From Atribacterota bacterium (GTDB lineage Bacteria > Atribacterota > Phoenicimicrobiia > Phoenicimicrobiales > Phoenicimicrobiaceae): a stretch of 27,298 bases of DNA. The stretch lies in the NCBI GenBank assembly GCA_038203565.1, contig JBBRDV010000015.1, forward strand, positions 1 through 27,298, in the 5' to 3' direction. This document shows positions 17,139 through 26,928 of this stretch, one piece after another. The position numbers and the translations under genes are program-made. The notes under the pieces were generated by a model, which was not told the DNA's origin, ran no database searches, and saw only the letters and a list, made by a program, of their open reading frames with translations. Every line of letters begins with the position of its first letter. The stretch's first letter is position 1.

Positions 17139-18201
17139 AGATAAAAGTATAATATTACAAAATCTAAAAGAATCTTCAGCTGAATGGATTAACGGGCAAG
17201 GCCCTTTATCGGATATAGTGATCAGTTCGAGAATTAGATTGGCACGAAATGTAGAAGGAATTCCTTTTTCACCACGAGCTGAGCAAGCGGAATTAAAAAA
17301 TATATTTGAGCTTAGCCGACAGATTGTAGAAGAAGATTCTCTCTTTAAGGATTCTAATTTACTTTTATTGGATGAATTAACCCCCCTGGAGAGTCAATTT
17401 TTAGTGGAAAAACATCTAATTAGCATTTATCATGCTCAAGAGAAACACCCTTACCGAGGGTGTGTTTTTAATCAAAAAGAGACATTAAGTGTAATGGTTA
17501 ACGAAGAAGACCATTTTCGAATTCAATATTTACTTTCAGGGTTGCAATTAAATAATATTTGGAAACTTATTAATAAGATTGACGATGAAATTGAAAAAAA
17601 GGTAACTTATGCCTTTAGCGAAAAAGAAGGATATTTAACTTCCTGTCCTACTAATGTAGGAACCGGAATGAGGGCTTCAATAATGTTACACCTGCCAGCC
17701 CTAGCAATGGTAAACGGTATAAATGATATATTTAGAGCCATATCTAAAATAGGTTATGTAGTGAGAGGATTTTATGGAGAGGGAACCGAAGTAATGGGAA
17801 ATTTATTTCAGGTTTCCAACCAAATTACTTTAGGTCTTTCAGAAGAAGAAATTATCGACAATTTGGAAAAGGTTAATCAACAGATAATAAACAAGGAACA
17901 GAAAGTAAGGAAAGAACTATTATCTAATTCTAAAAGTCAGTTGGAAGATCAAGCATGGAGAGCTTATGGTATCTTAAGTAGTGCCCGCATCATATCTTCG
18001 GCGGAAGCAATGGAACTGTTATCTAAATTAAGGTTCGGAGTAGGGTTAGGGATAATTCCTCATCCTAATTTAGGGACTTTAAACAAATTGATGTTACTAA
18101 TACAACCAGCCTATTTGCAAATGTTAACAGGCAAAGATTTAGATCATTTAGGCCGGGATCTGCAAAGAGCGGTGTTGATTAGAAATGAGATTAATCGTTA
18201 G
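17128..18201 (+). CDS. mcsB: Protein arginine kinase
   Basis: SSRIRLARN, MVNEEDHFRIQ, GYLTSCPTNVGTG and FQVSNQITLG motifs. Confidence 0.96.
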   Translation: MQNKDKSIILQNLKESSAEWINGQGPLSDIVISSRIRLARNVEGIPFSPRAEQAELKNIFELSRQIVEEDSLFKDSNLLLLDELTPLESQFLVEKHLISIYHAQEKHPYRGCVFNQKETLSVMVNEEDHFRIQYLLSGLQLNNIWKLINKIDDEIEKKVTYAFSEKEGYLTSCPTNVGTGMRASIMLHLPALAMVNGINDIFRAISKIGYVVRGFYGEGTEVMGNLFQVSNQITLGLSEEEIIDNLEKVNQQIINKEQKVRKELLSNSKSQLEDQAWRAYGILSSARIISSAEAMELLSKLRFGVGLGIIPHPNLGTLNKLMLLIQPAYLQMLTGKDLDHLGRDLQRAVLIRNEINR

Positions 18202-18310
18202 TTGTTAGTATATAGTATATAATATATAGTAACCTGAAAGCTAAAAACCAAAAACCAAAAACCAAAAACCAAGAACTAACGACTAATTTAATTGGTGAAT
18301 TGGCAAATTA
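18191..18310. repeat. Composite array element overlapping the mcsB stop
   Basis: TTAATCG TTAGTTG TTAGTAT ATAGTAT..., (AAAAACC)4, ACTAACGACTAA, AATTGGTG AATTGGCA. Confidence 0.9.
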
Positions 18311-18373
18311 TTATTAATTATCTAATAAGCTAGTTTAAAATTATTTACTAAAATGGAAGGATGTGTATAAAGA

Positions 18374-20812
18374 ATGTTTAAAAGATATACCGAAAAAGCA
18401 AAGAGGGCTATAATGATAGCTCAAGAAGAAGCGATAAACCTAAATCATGACTACATAGGGACTGAACATATTCTTATTGGTTTAATAAAAGAAGAAGAAG
18501 GAGTCGCTTCCCAGGTTTTAAGACAATTGGGGGTAAATGTAGATAAAGTAGTAGAAGAGGTAGAACGATTAGTAGGAAAAGGTGAGTATCAGCAAGTGGG
18601 TGAGATTGCTTTTACTCCTCGAGCGAAAAAAGTCTTAGAATTAGCTTCGCAAGAGGCAAGCCAATTAAAAAATAACTATATTGGCACCGAACACATATTA
18701 TTAGGTTTAATAAAAGAAGGAAGCGGAGTAGCGGTTAGAATTTTAGCAGACTTGGGTATTAATCTGGATAATGTTTATTCTGAAATCATGAAAGTTCTAA
18801 TGGAGGGTGAGGCTCAAGGTTTTCCATCTGCTCCAGGAAAAAGAACCACGAAGACTCCTGCTTTAGATGAATTTGGAAGAGATTTAATTAAATTAGCCCG
18901 AGAAGATAAATTGGATCCGGTTATTGGCAGGAGCACGGAAATTCAAAGAGTGATACAAATTTTAAGTAGAAGAAAAAAAAACAATCCCTGCATAATAGGA
19001 GAGGCTGGGGTAGGAAAGACGGCTATTGTAGAGGGTTTGGCTCAGAAGATAACTAATAATGATGTTCCGGAGATATTAAAAGAAAAAAGAATTATCTGCC
19101 TTGACCTAGCTTTAATTGTTGCTGGCACTAAATACCGAGGTGAATTTGAAAAGAGATTAAAGAAGATTGTTAAAGAGGTTCAGGAATCAAATGATGTCAT
19201 ATTATTTATTGATGAAATACATACCCTGGTAGGAGCCGGAGCAGCTGAAGGAGCAATAGACGCTTCTAATATATTAAAGCCTGCTTTAGCAAGGGGAGAG
19301 CTTCAAGTTATTGGTGCAACTACTGCCGATGAATACCGCAAGTATATTGAAAAAGATGCTGCTTTAGAGCGAAGATTTCAACCTATTTATATATCTGAAC
19401 CTTCGATAGAAGAGACTATTATGATATTGCAAGGACTTAAGGACAAGTATGAAGCTCATCATAATATAAAAATTACCGATCAAGCATTAGAGGCAGCAGC
19501 ACATTTGTCAGCTCGTTATATTTCGGGTAGATTTTTACCGGATAAAGCTATCGATTTGGTAGACGAAGCGGCTTCCAGGATTAAATTACAAAACACTATT
19601 TCTCCACCTGACATAAAAGAAGTAGAAATGAAATTAAATAAAATAAGGAAGGAAAAGGAATCAGCAGTAAAATTGCAAGAATTTGAAAAAGCAGCTCAAC
19701 TAAGAGATAAAGAAAAAAAGTCGGAAGCTGAACTCCAAAAGATAAAAGAAAAATGGAAGACCAGAAGAATGGTTAGTAAAGTGGAAGTTATAGGAGAAGA
19801 TATTGCAGAAATTGTATCCAGCTGGACCGGGATTCCAATTTTTTCTCTTAAAGAGGAAGAAGCACAAAAACTACTTAGAATGGAGGAGGAATTACATAAA
19901 AGGATAATTGGACAGGATGAAGCTATTATATCTATTTCTAAAGCTGTAAGAAGAGCCCGAGCTGGGATGAAAAGCCCCAAACGTCCCATTGGTTCTTTTA
20001 TATTTTTGGGACCTACCGGAGTAGGCAAAACAGAATTAGCCCGTACTTTAGCAGAATTTCTTTTTGGTGATGAAAATGCATTGATTAGTTTAGATATGTC
20101 AGAATATATGGAAAAATTTGCTGTTTCCCGATTGATTGGAGCTCCCCCTGGTTATGTGGGGTATGAGGAGGGAGGTCAATTAACTGAAAAAGTTAGAAGA
20201 AAGCCTTATTCGGTAATTCTATTAGACGAGATAGAAAAAGCACACCCCGATGTCTTTAATATATTACTACAAATATTTGAAGATGGTAGATTGACTGATT
20301 CCCAGGGGAGAGTAGTAGATTTTAAAAATACAGTTATTATTATGACGTCTAATGTTGGGGCTACCCTGATTAAAAAAGAAGCCACTTTAGGATTTCGGGG
20401 GACCAATGAATCTGAAGAGATTTCCTATAAAGAGATAAAAAATAGAGTAATGGGAGAGTTGAATAAAACTTTTCGACCGGAATTTTTAAATCGAATTGAT
20501 GAGGTAATAGTCTTTAAATCCCTTACTAAAGAGGAAATTAAAAAAATAGCTAGTCTAATAATAAACAATGAAGTAAAAAAATTATTAGAAGAGCGAAAGA
20601 TTGACCTGGAAACAACGGAGGAAATTAAAGAATTATTGACTAAAGAGGGATATGATTCTAATTTTGGAGCTCGTCCTTTAAGGCGGACCATTGAAAGATT
20701 GATAGAAAATCCTATTTCTGAAAAGTTATTGGCTGGTGAATTTGAAGAAGGGGATTGTATATTAATTAAGGCAAAGGACGGGAAAATAATGTTTTCTAAA
20801 AAGAAAAAATAA
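18374..20812 (+). CDS. clpC: ATP-dependent Clp protease ATP-binding subunit
   Basis: Two Clp-N repeats, Walker A motifs GEAGVGKT and [11 protein letters not shown] middle domain, LGF loop. Confidence 0.97.
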   Translation: MFKRYTEKAKRAIMIAQEEAINLNHDYIGTEHILIGLIKEEEGVASQVLRQLGVNVDKVVEEVERLVGKGEYQQVGEIAFTPRAKKVLELASQEASQLKNNYIGTEHILLGLIKEGSGVAVRILADLGINLDNVYSEIMKVLMEGEAQGFPSAPGKRTTKTPALDEFGRDLIKLAREDKLDPVIGRSTEIQRVIQILSRRKKNNPCIIGEAGVGKTAIVEGLAQKITNNDVPEILKEKRIICLDLALIVAGTKYRGEFEKRLKKIVKEVQESNDVILFIDEIHTLVGAGAAEGAIDASNILKPALARGELQVIGATTADEYRKYIEKDAALERRFQPIYISEPSIEETIMILQGLKDKYEAHHNIKITDQALEAAAHLSARYISGRFLPDKAIDLVDEAASRIKLQNTISPPDIKEVEMKLNKIRKEKESAVKLQEFEKAAQLRDKEKKSEAELQKIKEKWKTRRMVSKVEVIGEDIAEIVSSWTGIPIFSLKEEEAQKLLRMEEELHKRIIGQDEAIISISKAVRRARAGMKSPKRPIGSFIFLGPTGVGKTELARTLAEFLFGDENALISLDMSEYMEKFAVSRLIGAPPGYVGYEEGGQLTEKVRRKPYSVILLDEIEKAHPDVFNILLQIFEDGRLTDSQGRVVDFKNTVIIMTSNVGATLIKKEATLGFRGTNESEEISYKEIKNRVMGELNKTFRPEFLNRIDEVIVFKSLTKEEIKKIASLIINNEVKKLLEERKIDLETTEEIKELLTKEGYDSNFGARPLRRTIERLIENPISEKLLAGEFEEGDCILIKAKDGKIMFSKKKK

Positions 20813-20836
20813 CCAGATTAAGACAGAGGAGCTAAA

Positions 20837-22213
20837 ATGGCTAAAGAAGAAAAAGCTTTTTTTCGGTGCCAGCAATGTGGCTATGAATCTTCCAGGTGGT
20901 TGGGGCGTTGTCCAGATTGTGGAGGATGGAATACTTTAATTCAAGAAGTATTTAAAGAAGAGAAAAAATATTCTCTTCATCCTGAAGGGCATTCTATACC
21001 TTTACCCATTAGCAAAATTGAGGTAGAAGAAGAAAGTAAATCGAGATATAGAACAGAAATTTCGGAGTTTGATAGAGTATTGGGTGGGGGGATTGTCCCT
21101 GGTTCCCTAATTTTAGTTGGGGGAGAACCGGGCGTTGGAAAATCTACCCTTCTTTTACAAATAGCCAATTCCTTGAGCAGCAACTGTGGGGTAATATTAT
21201 ATATTTCTGCAGAAGAATCACTTTATCAGATTAAATTAAGAGCTACCCGATTAGGTGTTCTTGCGGAAAAGCTTTTTTTAGTTTCTGAAACCGATATAGA
21301 AGTTATAAAAAAACATATCAGTGAAATTAAACCAAAAGTGGTTATTGTAGATTCTATTCAAACTATTAATGATTACGAGATTAGTTCCTCACCAGGAAGC
21401 ATTAGTCAGGTAAGAGAATGTACTGCTCAATTAATGCGTTTAGCCAAGAGTAAAGAAATTTCTGTCTTTATTATTGGACATGTAACTAAAGGAGGGATGC
21501 TAGCCGGACCTAAAGTTATTGAACATATTGTAGACACCGTTCTCTATCTGGAGGGTGAAAAATACAATATTTACCGGATACTTCGTTCTACAAAGAATAG
21601 ATTTGGTTCTACCAATGAATTGGGGATATTTAAAATGGGAGAGAAAGGCTTGATAGAAGTATTAAATCCTTCTGAATTGCTTCTTTCAGAAAAACCTTCC
21701 CATGTTTCTGGTTCAGTGGTGGCAGCTACTTTTGAAGGCAGTAGGCCATTATTGGTGGAGATGCAAGCGTTGGTGAGTTATAGCAGTCTGGGTATACCTC
21801 GAAGAATGACTACTGGCGTAGACTATAATCGGGTTTTACTTATCCTGGCGGTTCTCGAAAAAAGAGTGGGATATTCCTTACGCTCTCAAGATGTTCATGT
21901 AAATATTGCTGGTGGGATAAAGGTATTAGAACCTGCCTTAGATTTGGCTATTAGTATGGCTATAGCTTCAAGCTTTAAGGACGTGCCGATTGATCCAACT
22001 ACAGTTATATTTGGAGAAGTAGGGCTGGCTGGAGAAGTTAGGATGGTGAATCAGGTAGAAAAACGGATACAGGAAGTATTTAAAATGGGCTTTAAAAGAT
22101 GCATTCTTCCAAAAAGCAATTTAAAGAATTTAAACAATTTTTCATCAAAAAAAGGTTTAGAGATTGTAGGAGTAAAGACTGTTCAAGAAGCTATCAACCT
22201 TGCTCTTAATTAG
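20837..22213 (+). CDS. radA: DNA repair protein RadA/Sms
   Basis: C4 zinc finger, GEPGVGKST, KNRFG and Lon-like C-terminus. Confidence 0.97.
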   Translation: MAKEEKAFFRCQQCGYESSRWLGRCPDCGGWNTLIQEVFKEEKKYSLHPEGHSIPLPISKIEVEEESKSRYRTEISEFDRVLGGGIVPGSLILVGGEPGVGKSTLLLQIANSLSSNCGVILYISAEESLYQIKLRATRLGVLAEKLFLVSETDIEVIKKHISEIKPKVVIVDSIQTINDYEISSSPGSISQVRECTAQLMRLAKSKEISVFIIGHVTKGGMLAGPKVIEHIVDTVLYLEGEKYNIYRILRSTKNRFGSTNELGIFKMGEKGLIEVLNPSELLLSEKPSHVSGSVVAATFEGSRPLLVEMQALVSYSSLGIPRRMTTGVDYNRVLLILAVLEKRVGYSLRSQDVHVNIAGGIKVLEPALDLAISMAIASSFKDVPIDPTTVIFGEVGLAGEVRMVNQVEKRIQEVFKMGFKRCILPKSNLKNLNNFSSKKGLEIVGVKTVQEAINLALN

Positions 22214-22221
22214 TTAACCAA

Positions 22222-22620
22222 TTAGGTAAGATTATAAATACCTAAAGTTGAGATTCTTTCTTCTTCTTTTTTAATTATTTCATCAAAATCTAAATTTAAT
22301 ATGTTACATATTGCGGTAGCATAAAAAAGACTTGAACCTAATTCTGTTTCGACAATTTCTTTACAACTATCACATAATGAGCCTTCTATATGGGCATCCA
22401 TGAATTTATAGATTTCCATCAATTTTGCATTAGAAGGAATGGTTTGCTTCTTTGCTTTAATTTGTATACAACCGCATTGGGTAACCGCTTTAGCAATTGC
22501 TCGGTTTACACGGGCGTTAGATTCTTGATATTTAGTCATAAGGTCAAGGATACTCCGATGCTGGATTAAAAATTGGTTGACACTTTTTTGAAAAGTAACA
22601 TTTCCATTTTCTTTGTTCAT
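22222..22620 (-). CDS. Conserved hypothetical Cys-containing protein
   Basis: ATG 22620 after GGGGT; HRSILD...KAVTQCGC...LCDSCKEIVETELG; own promoter upstream; resembles small proteins found near radA in Clostridia. Confidence 0.7.
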   Translation of the reverse strand: MNKENGNVTFQKSVNQFLIQHRSILDLMTKYQESNARVNRAIAKAVTQCGCIQIKAKKQTIPSNAKLMEIYKFMDAHIEGSLCDSCKEIVETELGSSLFYATAICNILNLDFDEIIKKEEERISTLGIYNLT

Positions 22621-22713
22621 AATCAGTACCCCCAGGAAAACATTTTGCCATTTAGATAAATGCCGAGATAGTTTTAATGAAATTACTAAAATACTCAATT
22701 TTAACTTTATTTA

Positions 22714-22743
22714 ATTATACTTACAGGTTAAGCTCTTTGTCAA
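22714..22743 (-). promoter_or_regulatory. Sigma70-type promoter (minus strand)
   Basis: TTGACA-18 nt-TATAAT on the reverse strand. Confidence 0.65.
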
Positions 22744-22761
22744 GGAATTATTATTCTTATT

Positions 22762-22790
22762 TTGACAGAAATAAGGGAGCATGCTATAAT
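22762..22790 (+). promoter_or_regulatory. Consensus sigma70 promoter with extended -10
   Basis: TTGACA-17 nt-TATAAT with TGn. Confidence 0.8.
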
Positions 22791-22995
22791 TTATTTGGTT
22801 TTTAGAGAATCAAAGGAATAACTTAAGAGTTTGAAGATTTAGTATTTGGGTAATGAGTTTATTAGAGCTATAAGTATCAAATTAAAACAATTTGAGATAT
22901 TATTTAAAAAATACAATTTGGTAATAGAAAAAAGGGGAGGTGTTAATTCTATATTTTTTTATAAATAAAATAGCGCATAGAAGGAGGAAATAACT

Positions 22996-24120
22996 ATGCC
23001 AGCAAAAAGAATTTTAAAAATCATGTTTATTATTGTTGGCGCAGTGATAGGCTACGGGGCATATAATAAATTCTATTTTATTTCTGACTTATATATTTAT
23101 TATGATATTTTATTCAGGATCTTAGCAATAACTGGAGGAGGAACAGTTGGTTTTTTGTTCTCCTTTTTATTTAATACCAAAATCCAAAGTTTATTTTCAG
23201 AAATTATTTGCCATTTACAGAAAATACCCACTCAAAACTTTGCTGCTGCTACAATTGGATTAATTATTGGTCTTATTATTGCAAATTTGTTAGCCTATTC
23301 ACTCTCATTTATTCCTATAATTGGTTCCTATCTTCCTATTATATTAAGCGTGATACTAGGATCTTTAGGGATAAATATAGGAATTAATAAAAAAGATGAA
23401 GTATTTAATTTTTTTGGATATTTTAGAAATATTAATAAAGTAAGAGGAAAAGAAAATAGTAAGAATTTTGTCCATCCCAAGATCTTAGATACGAGTGTAA
23501 TTATTGATGGTCGTATTTTAGACATTTGTCAGACAGAATTTTTAGAGGGTGAACTTATAATCCCCCGTTTTGTTTTGTCTGAGCTCCAGCATATTGCCGA
23601 TTCTTCGGATTCTTTAAAAAGGAACCGAGGGCGCCGAGGTTTAGATATACTTAATAAAATGACTAAAATCAGAAAGAATAAGGTAAAAATTGTTGGCAAA
23701 GATTACAATGAACCCAAAGAGGTTGATGCCAAGATAATTAAACTTGCGAAAGAGATTAAAGCAAAAGTAATAACTAACGATTATAATTTGAATAAAGTTG
23801 CCCAGCTTGAGGGGATTCCTGTTTTGAATATCAATGATTTATCTAATGCTCTAAAGGCGGTTATCTTACCTGGCGAGGAAATGAATACCCAAATAATAAA
23901 GGAAGGCAAAGAACCAGAGCAGGGGATTGCTTATCTTGATGACGGTACCATGATAGTAGTGGAAGATGGGCACAAATATATTGGGAAAAAAGTGAATATT
24001 TTAGTAACCAGTATTTTGCAAACTCCTGCCGGTAGGATGATCTTTGGCAGGGTAAAAAGTGTAATGGATAGAAAATCTAATGAATTTAAAAATGTAGTTA
24101 GATTATCTTCAAGACAATAA
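22996..24120 (+). CDS. Membrane-anchored PIN/TRAM domain protein (YacL family)
   Basis: N-terminal TMs; KILDTSVIIDGRI, TNDYNLNKVA, YLDDGTMIVVE and LQTPAGRMIF motifs. Confidence 0.93.
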   Translation: MPAKRILKIMFIIVGAVIGYGAYNKFYFISDLYIYYDILFRILAITGGGTVGFLFSFLFNTKIQSLFSEIICHLQKIPTQNFAAATIGLIIGLIIANLLAYSLSFIPIIGSYLPIILSVILGSLGINIGINKKDEVFNFFGYFRNINKVRGKENSKNFVHPKILDTSVIIDGRILDICQTEFLEGELIIPRFVLSELQHIADSSDSLKRNRGRRGLDILNKMTKIRKNKVKIVGKDYNEPKEVDAKIIKLAKEIKAKVITNDYNLNKVAQLEGIPVLNINDLSNALKAVILPGEEMNTQIIKEGKEPEQGIAYLDDGTMIVVEDGHKYIGKKVNILVTSILQTPAGRMIFGRVKSVMDRKSNEFKNVVRLSSRQ

Positions 24121-24123
24121 TAT

Positions 24124-24318
24124 TCGTATATCGTATATAGTGAAGAAAATAGAAGTAGGACAGGCGTCTCGCCTGTCTATTAGTCAATTAACCACTAACT
24201 TAACTGGTAAACTGGCTAACTTTAATCTTGCACCGTGCTTTTATCCATGAATTCTGATTGTCTTCACGCGATACTCGATACGCAATACGATATACTAACG
24301 ATTAATTTTACCAGTTAA
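24124..24318. repeat. Composite inverted array element with a REP
   Basis: TCGTATA array + GTGAAGAAAATAG linker + REP 24155-24180 + AACTGGYW 8-mers + TCTTCAC + CGATACN array + TAACGATTAA. Confidence 0.92.
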
Positions 24319-24352
24319 TTAAAATAAATTAAGATTTGAAAAGGTACAAAAA

Positions 24353-25795
24353 ATGGCGTTAAAGATATATAATACTTTGACTCGAAGGAAAGAAGAATTT
24401 ATCCCCCTTAAAGAAGGAGAAGTTGGGATGTATGTTTGTGGACCTACAGTTTACAATTACATTCATATAGGGAATGCTCGACCCTTTATAACCTTTGAAG
24501 TAGTTAGAAGGTTTCTAAAATTTAAAGGTTATAAGGTAAAATACATACAAAATATAACTGATATCGATGATAAAATGATAAATAAAGCAAAAGAATTAAA
24601 GATTACAGTCTCGGAATTAGCGGAAAAATTTATTCAAGAGTATTTTATTGATGCTGATTCACTTAATATAGAAAGAGCAGATGTTCATCCTCGAGCAACA
24701 GAACACATCAAGGAAATAATAGAACTGGTAAACGGATTAGAAGAAAAAGGATATGCTTACGAAATAGACGGTGATGTATTTTTTAATGTATCTAAATTTA
24801 AAGGTTACGGAAAACTTTCTGGTCAAAATATCGAAGAACTAAAAGAAGGAGCTCGAGTAGAAGTAGATGAAAGAAAAAAGGAACCTATAGATTTTGCCTT
24901 ATGGAAAAGAGCGAAGGAAGGAGAACCCTCATGGGAGAGTCCCTGGGGGAAGGGAAGACCCGGTTGGCATATTGAATGTTCTGCTATGTCGATGAAATAT
25001 TTGGGAAAAAGTTTTGATATACATACCGGGGGTTCAGATTTAATCTTTCCTCATCATGAAAATGAAATTGCCCAAAGCGAAGCTTACACTAATCAACAGT
25101 TTGTAAGGTACTGGATGCATAATGGTTACCTTTGTTTAAATAATCAGAAAATGTCTAAATCTTTAGGAAATATAATGAAGGTAAGAGACATCAGCCAGAA
25201 ATACAAAGGAGAAATAATTCGGTATTTCATCCTTTCAGCTCATTATAGGAGTCCCCTTAATTTTAACGAGGAGCAACTTCAGCAAGCAGAGAGCAGTTTG
25301 CAGAGATTAAATAATACAATTTTTAATGTAAAACATTTATTAAAACAAGGTAAATTTAGAAAATCAAAAGATAAAAATGATGAGCTGATCTTAGAAAAAA
25401 GAAAAGAAAATGAACAAAAATTTATAGAAGCTATGGATGATGATTTTAATACCCCTGTTGCCCTAAGCTGGTTATTCAGTTTTGCCAGAGAGGTAAATAC
25501 CTACCTGAACTCTCCGAGCACAAAAAATAAAGAAGTGTTAGAAAAAATTCTTAAATTTTATCAGGAATTAGCCGGTGAAATATTGGGGATTTTGAAAGTC
25601 TTTGATCAAGAAGAAAGTTTCGAGCAAGAAATTAAGAAATTAATTGAAGGGAGAGAAGAGGCGAGAAAAAAGAGGAATTGGGTTGAATCGGATCAAATTA
25701 GAGATAAATTGAAGGAAAAAGGAATACTTCTCGAAGATACCTCTAGCGGTGTGAGGTGGAAGAGGATATACGAATTTTCAAGGAGGAACAATTAA
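24353..25795 (+). CDS. cysS: Cysteine--tRNA ligase
   Basis: YVCGPTVY, HIGN, GRPGWHIECS, FPHHENE and KMSKS motifs. Confidence 0.98.
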   Translation: MALKIYNTLTRRKEEFIPLKEGEVGMYVCGPTVYNYIHIGNARPFITFEVVRRFLKFKGYKVKYIQNITDIDDKMINKAKELKITVSELAEKFIQEYFIDADSLNIERADVHPRATEHIKEIIELVNGLEEKGYAYEIDGDVFFNVSKFKGYGKLSGQNIEELKEGARVEVDERKKEPIDFALWKRAKEGEPSWESPWGKGRPGWHIECSAMSMKYLGKSFDIHTGGSDLIFPHHENEIAQSEAYTNQQFVRYWMHNGYLCLNNQKMSKSLGNIMKVRDISQKYKGEIIRYFILSAHYRSPLNFNEEQLQQAESSLQRLNNTIFNVKHLLKQGKFRKSKDKNDELILEKRKENEQKFIEAMDDDFNTPVALSWLFSFAREVNTYLNSPSTKNKEVLEKILKFYQELAGEILGILKVFDQEESFEQEIKKLIEGREEARKKRNWVESDQIRDKLKEKGILLEDTSSGVRWKRIYEFSRRNN

Positions 25796-26427
25796 TGAGG
25801 CTAAAAGAAGGGGATGGGAGTTTTATTAATTGCCGGAATTGTGATGATGAAGAGCTTATTTGCTTAGCTTACCAAGGAAATTTGTTAGCAGAAGAATGTT
25901 TGATTAATAGATATAAAAAATTAGTAAAAATAAAGGCTCGCTCGTATTTTTTGGTCGGTGCTGATACGGAAGATATCATTCAGGAAGGAATGATTGGACT
26001 TTACAAAGCAGTAAGAAGTTATCAATTTAAAAAACTTTCCTCTTTTAAGGCATTTGCTGAATTATGTATTACTCGGCAGATTATTACAGCCATAAAAAGT
26101 GCTACCCGGCAAAAACATATACCTTTAAATTCATACATATCTCTTAATAGACCAATTTATAATGAGGATTCTGACAGAACCTTATTGGATATTGTAGATA
26201 ATATGAACATTAATGATCCTCAGGACTTATTTTTAAACAGTGAAAAATTGAACAATCTAAAAGTGAGAATCAAAAGAATATTATCAGAATTAGAAAGAGA
26301 TGTTTTGGAATCTTATTTAGATGCTAAATCTTATCAAGAAATTGCAGCTAATTTAGGAAGGCATGTAAAGTCTATAGATAATGCTTTACAAAGGATAAAA
26401 AGGAAGTTAGAATTAATTACGAAATAG
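25795..26427 (+). CDS. sigH: RNA polymerase sigma factor SigH
   Basis: ARSYFLVGAD.EDIIQEGMIGLYKA, AIKSATRQKHIPLNSYISL and KSIDNALQRIKRKL; ATG 25795 after AAGGAGG overlaps the cysS TAA. Confidence 0.93.
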   Translation: MRLKEGDGSFINCRNCDDEELICLAYQGNLLAEECLINRYKKLVKIKARSYFLVGADTEDIIQEGMIGLYKAVRSYQFKKLSSFKAFAELCITRQIITAIKSATRQKHIPLNSYISLNRPIYNEDSDRTLLDIVDNMNINDPQDLFLNSEKLNNLKVRIKRILSELERDVLESYLDAKSYQEIAANLGRHVKSIDNALQRIKRKLELITK

Positions 26428-26452
26428 CTTTTAAAAATAGCTTTTAAAAAGA

Positions 26453-26481
26453 TTGACTTAATTATTAAAAATAACTATAAT
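26453..26481 (+). promoter_or_regulatory. Promoter of the tRNA-tuf operon
   Basis: TTGACT-17 nt-TATAAT, 10 nt before the first tRNA. Confidence 0.8.
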
Positions 26482-26491
26482 ATGTAGAATC

Positions 26492-26567
26492 GCCGATGTA
26501 GCTCAGTTGGCAGAGCAGCTGATTTGTAATCAGCAGGTCATCCGTTCGAACCGGATCATCGGCTCCA
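26492..26567 (+). tRNA. tRNA-Thr (TGT)
   Basis: 76-nt cloverleaf, anticodon arm GCTGA-TT-TGT-AA-TCAGC, TTCGAA T-loop, encoded CCA. Confidence 0.96.
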
Positions 26568-26580
26568 AGATGATAAAGCA

Positions 26581-26688
26581 GTATCTCGTGAATCGTATCT
26601 CGCAAAGATGCAATAATTAAGGATATCAAATGAATATTTAAAACCTGTTTTCTATAACGAGATACGGACGACGATATACGAGATACGA
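26581..26688. repeat. Inverted heptamer-array element in the tRNA spacer
   Basis: GTATCTC GTGAATC GTATCTC G ... ACGAGAT ACGGACG ACGATAT ACGAGAT ACGA. Confidence 0.88.
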
Positions 26689-26695
26689 AAATCAT

Positions 26696-26782
26696 GGGGA
26701 GGTACCAAAGTGGTTAAATGGAGCGGACTGTAGATCCGTTGGCTTAACGCCTTCGAAGGTTCGAACCCTTCCCTCCCCACCA
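26696..26782 (+). tRNA. tRNA-Tyr (GTA)
   Basis: 87 nt, anticodon arm GCGGA-CT-GTA-GA-TCCGT, long variable arm, encoded CCA. Confidence 0.95.
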
Positions 26783-26795
26783 CTCCAAAAATTGC

Positions 26796-26871
26796 GCCCG
26801 CGTAGCTCAGTTGGAAGAGCGCATCCTTGGTAAGGATGAGGTCACCAGTTCAATTCTGGTCGTGGGCTCCA
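26796..26871 (+). tRNA. tRNA-Thr (GGT)
   Basis: 76 nt, anticodon arm CATCC-TT-GGT-AA-GGATG, encoded CCA. Confidence 0.96.
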
Positions 26872-26928
26872 GTTAAATCAGATAAATATAGGAATACTAT
26901 TTTTTTGTATTTAAGGAGGAAAAATCAA

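Noticed and set aside
24181..24352. T-box leader for cysS
   Set aside because: No GGTGGNACC T-box motif or terminator/antiterminator pair; the region is explained by repeat modules.
26783..26795. Absence of tRNA-Gly from the Thr-Tyr-(Gly)-Thr-tuf cluster
   Set aside because: The composition of this cluster varies among bacteria, and no remnant is visible.
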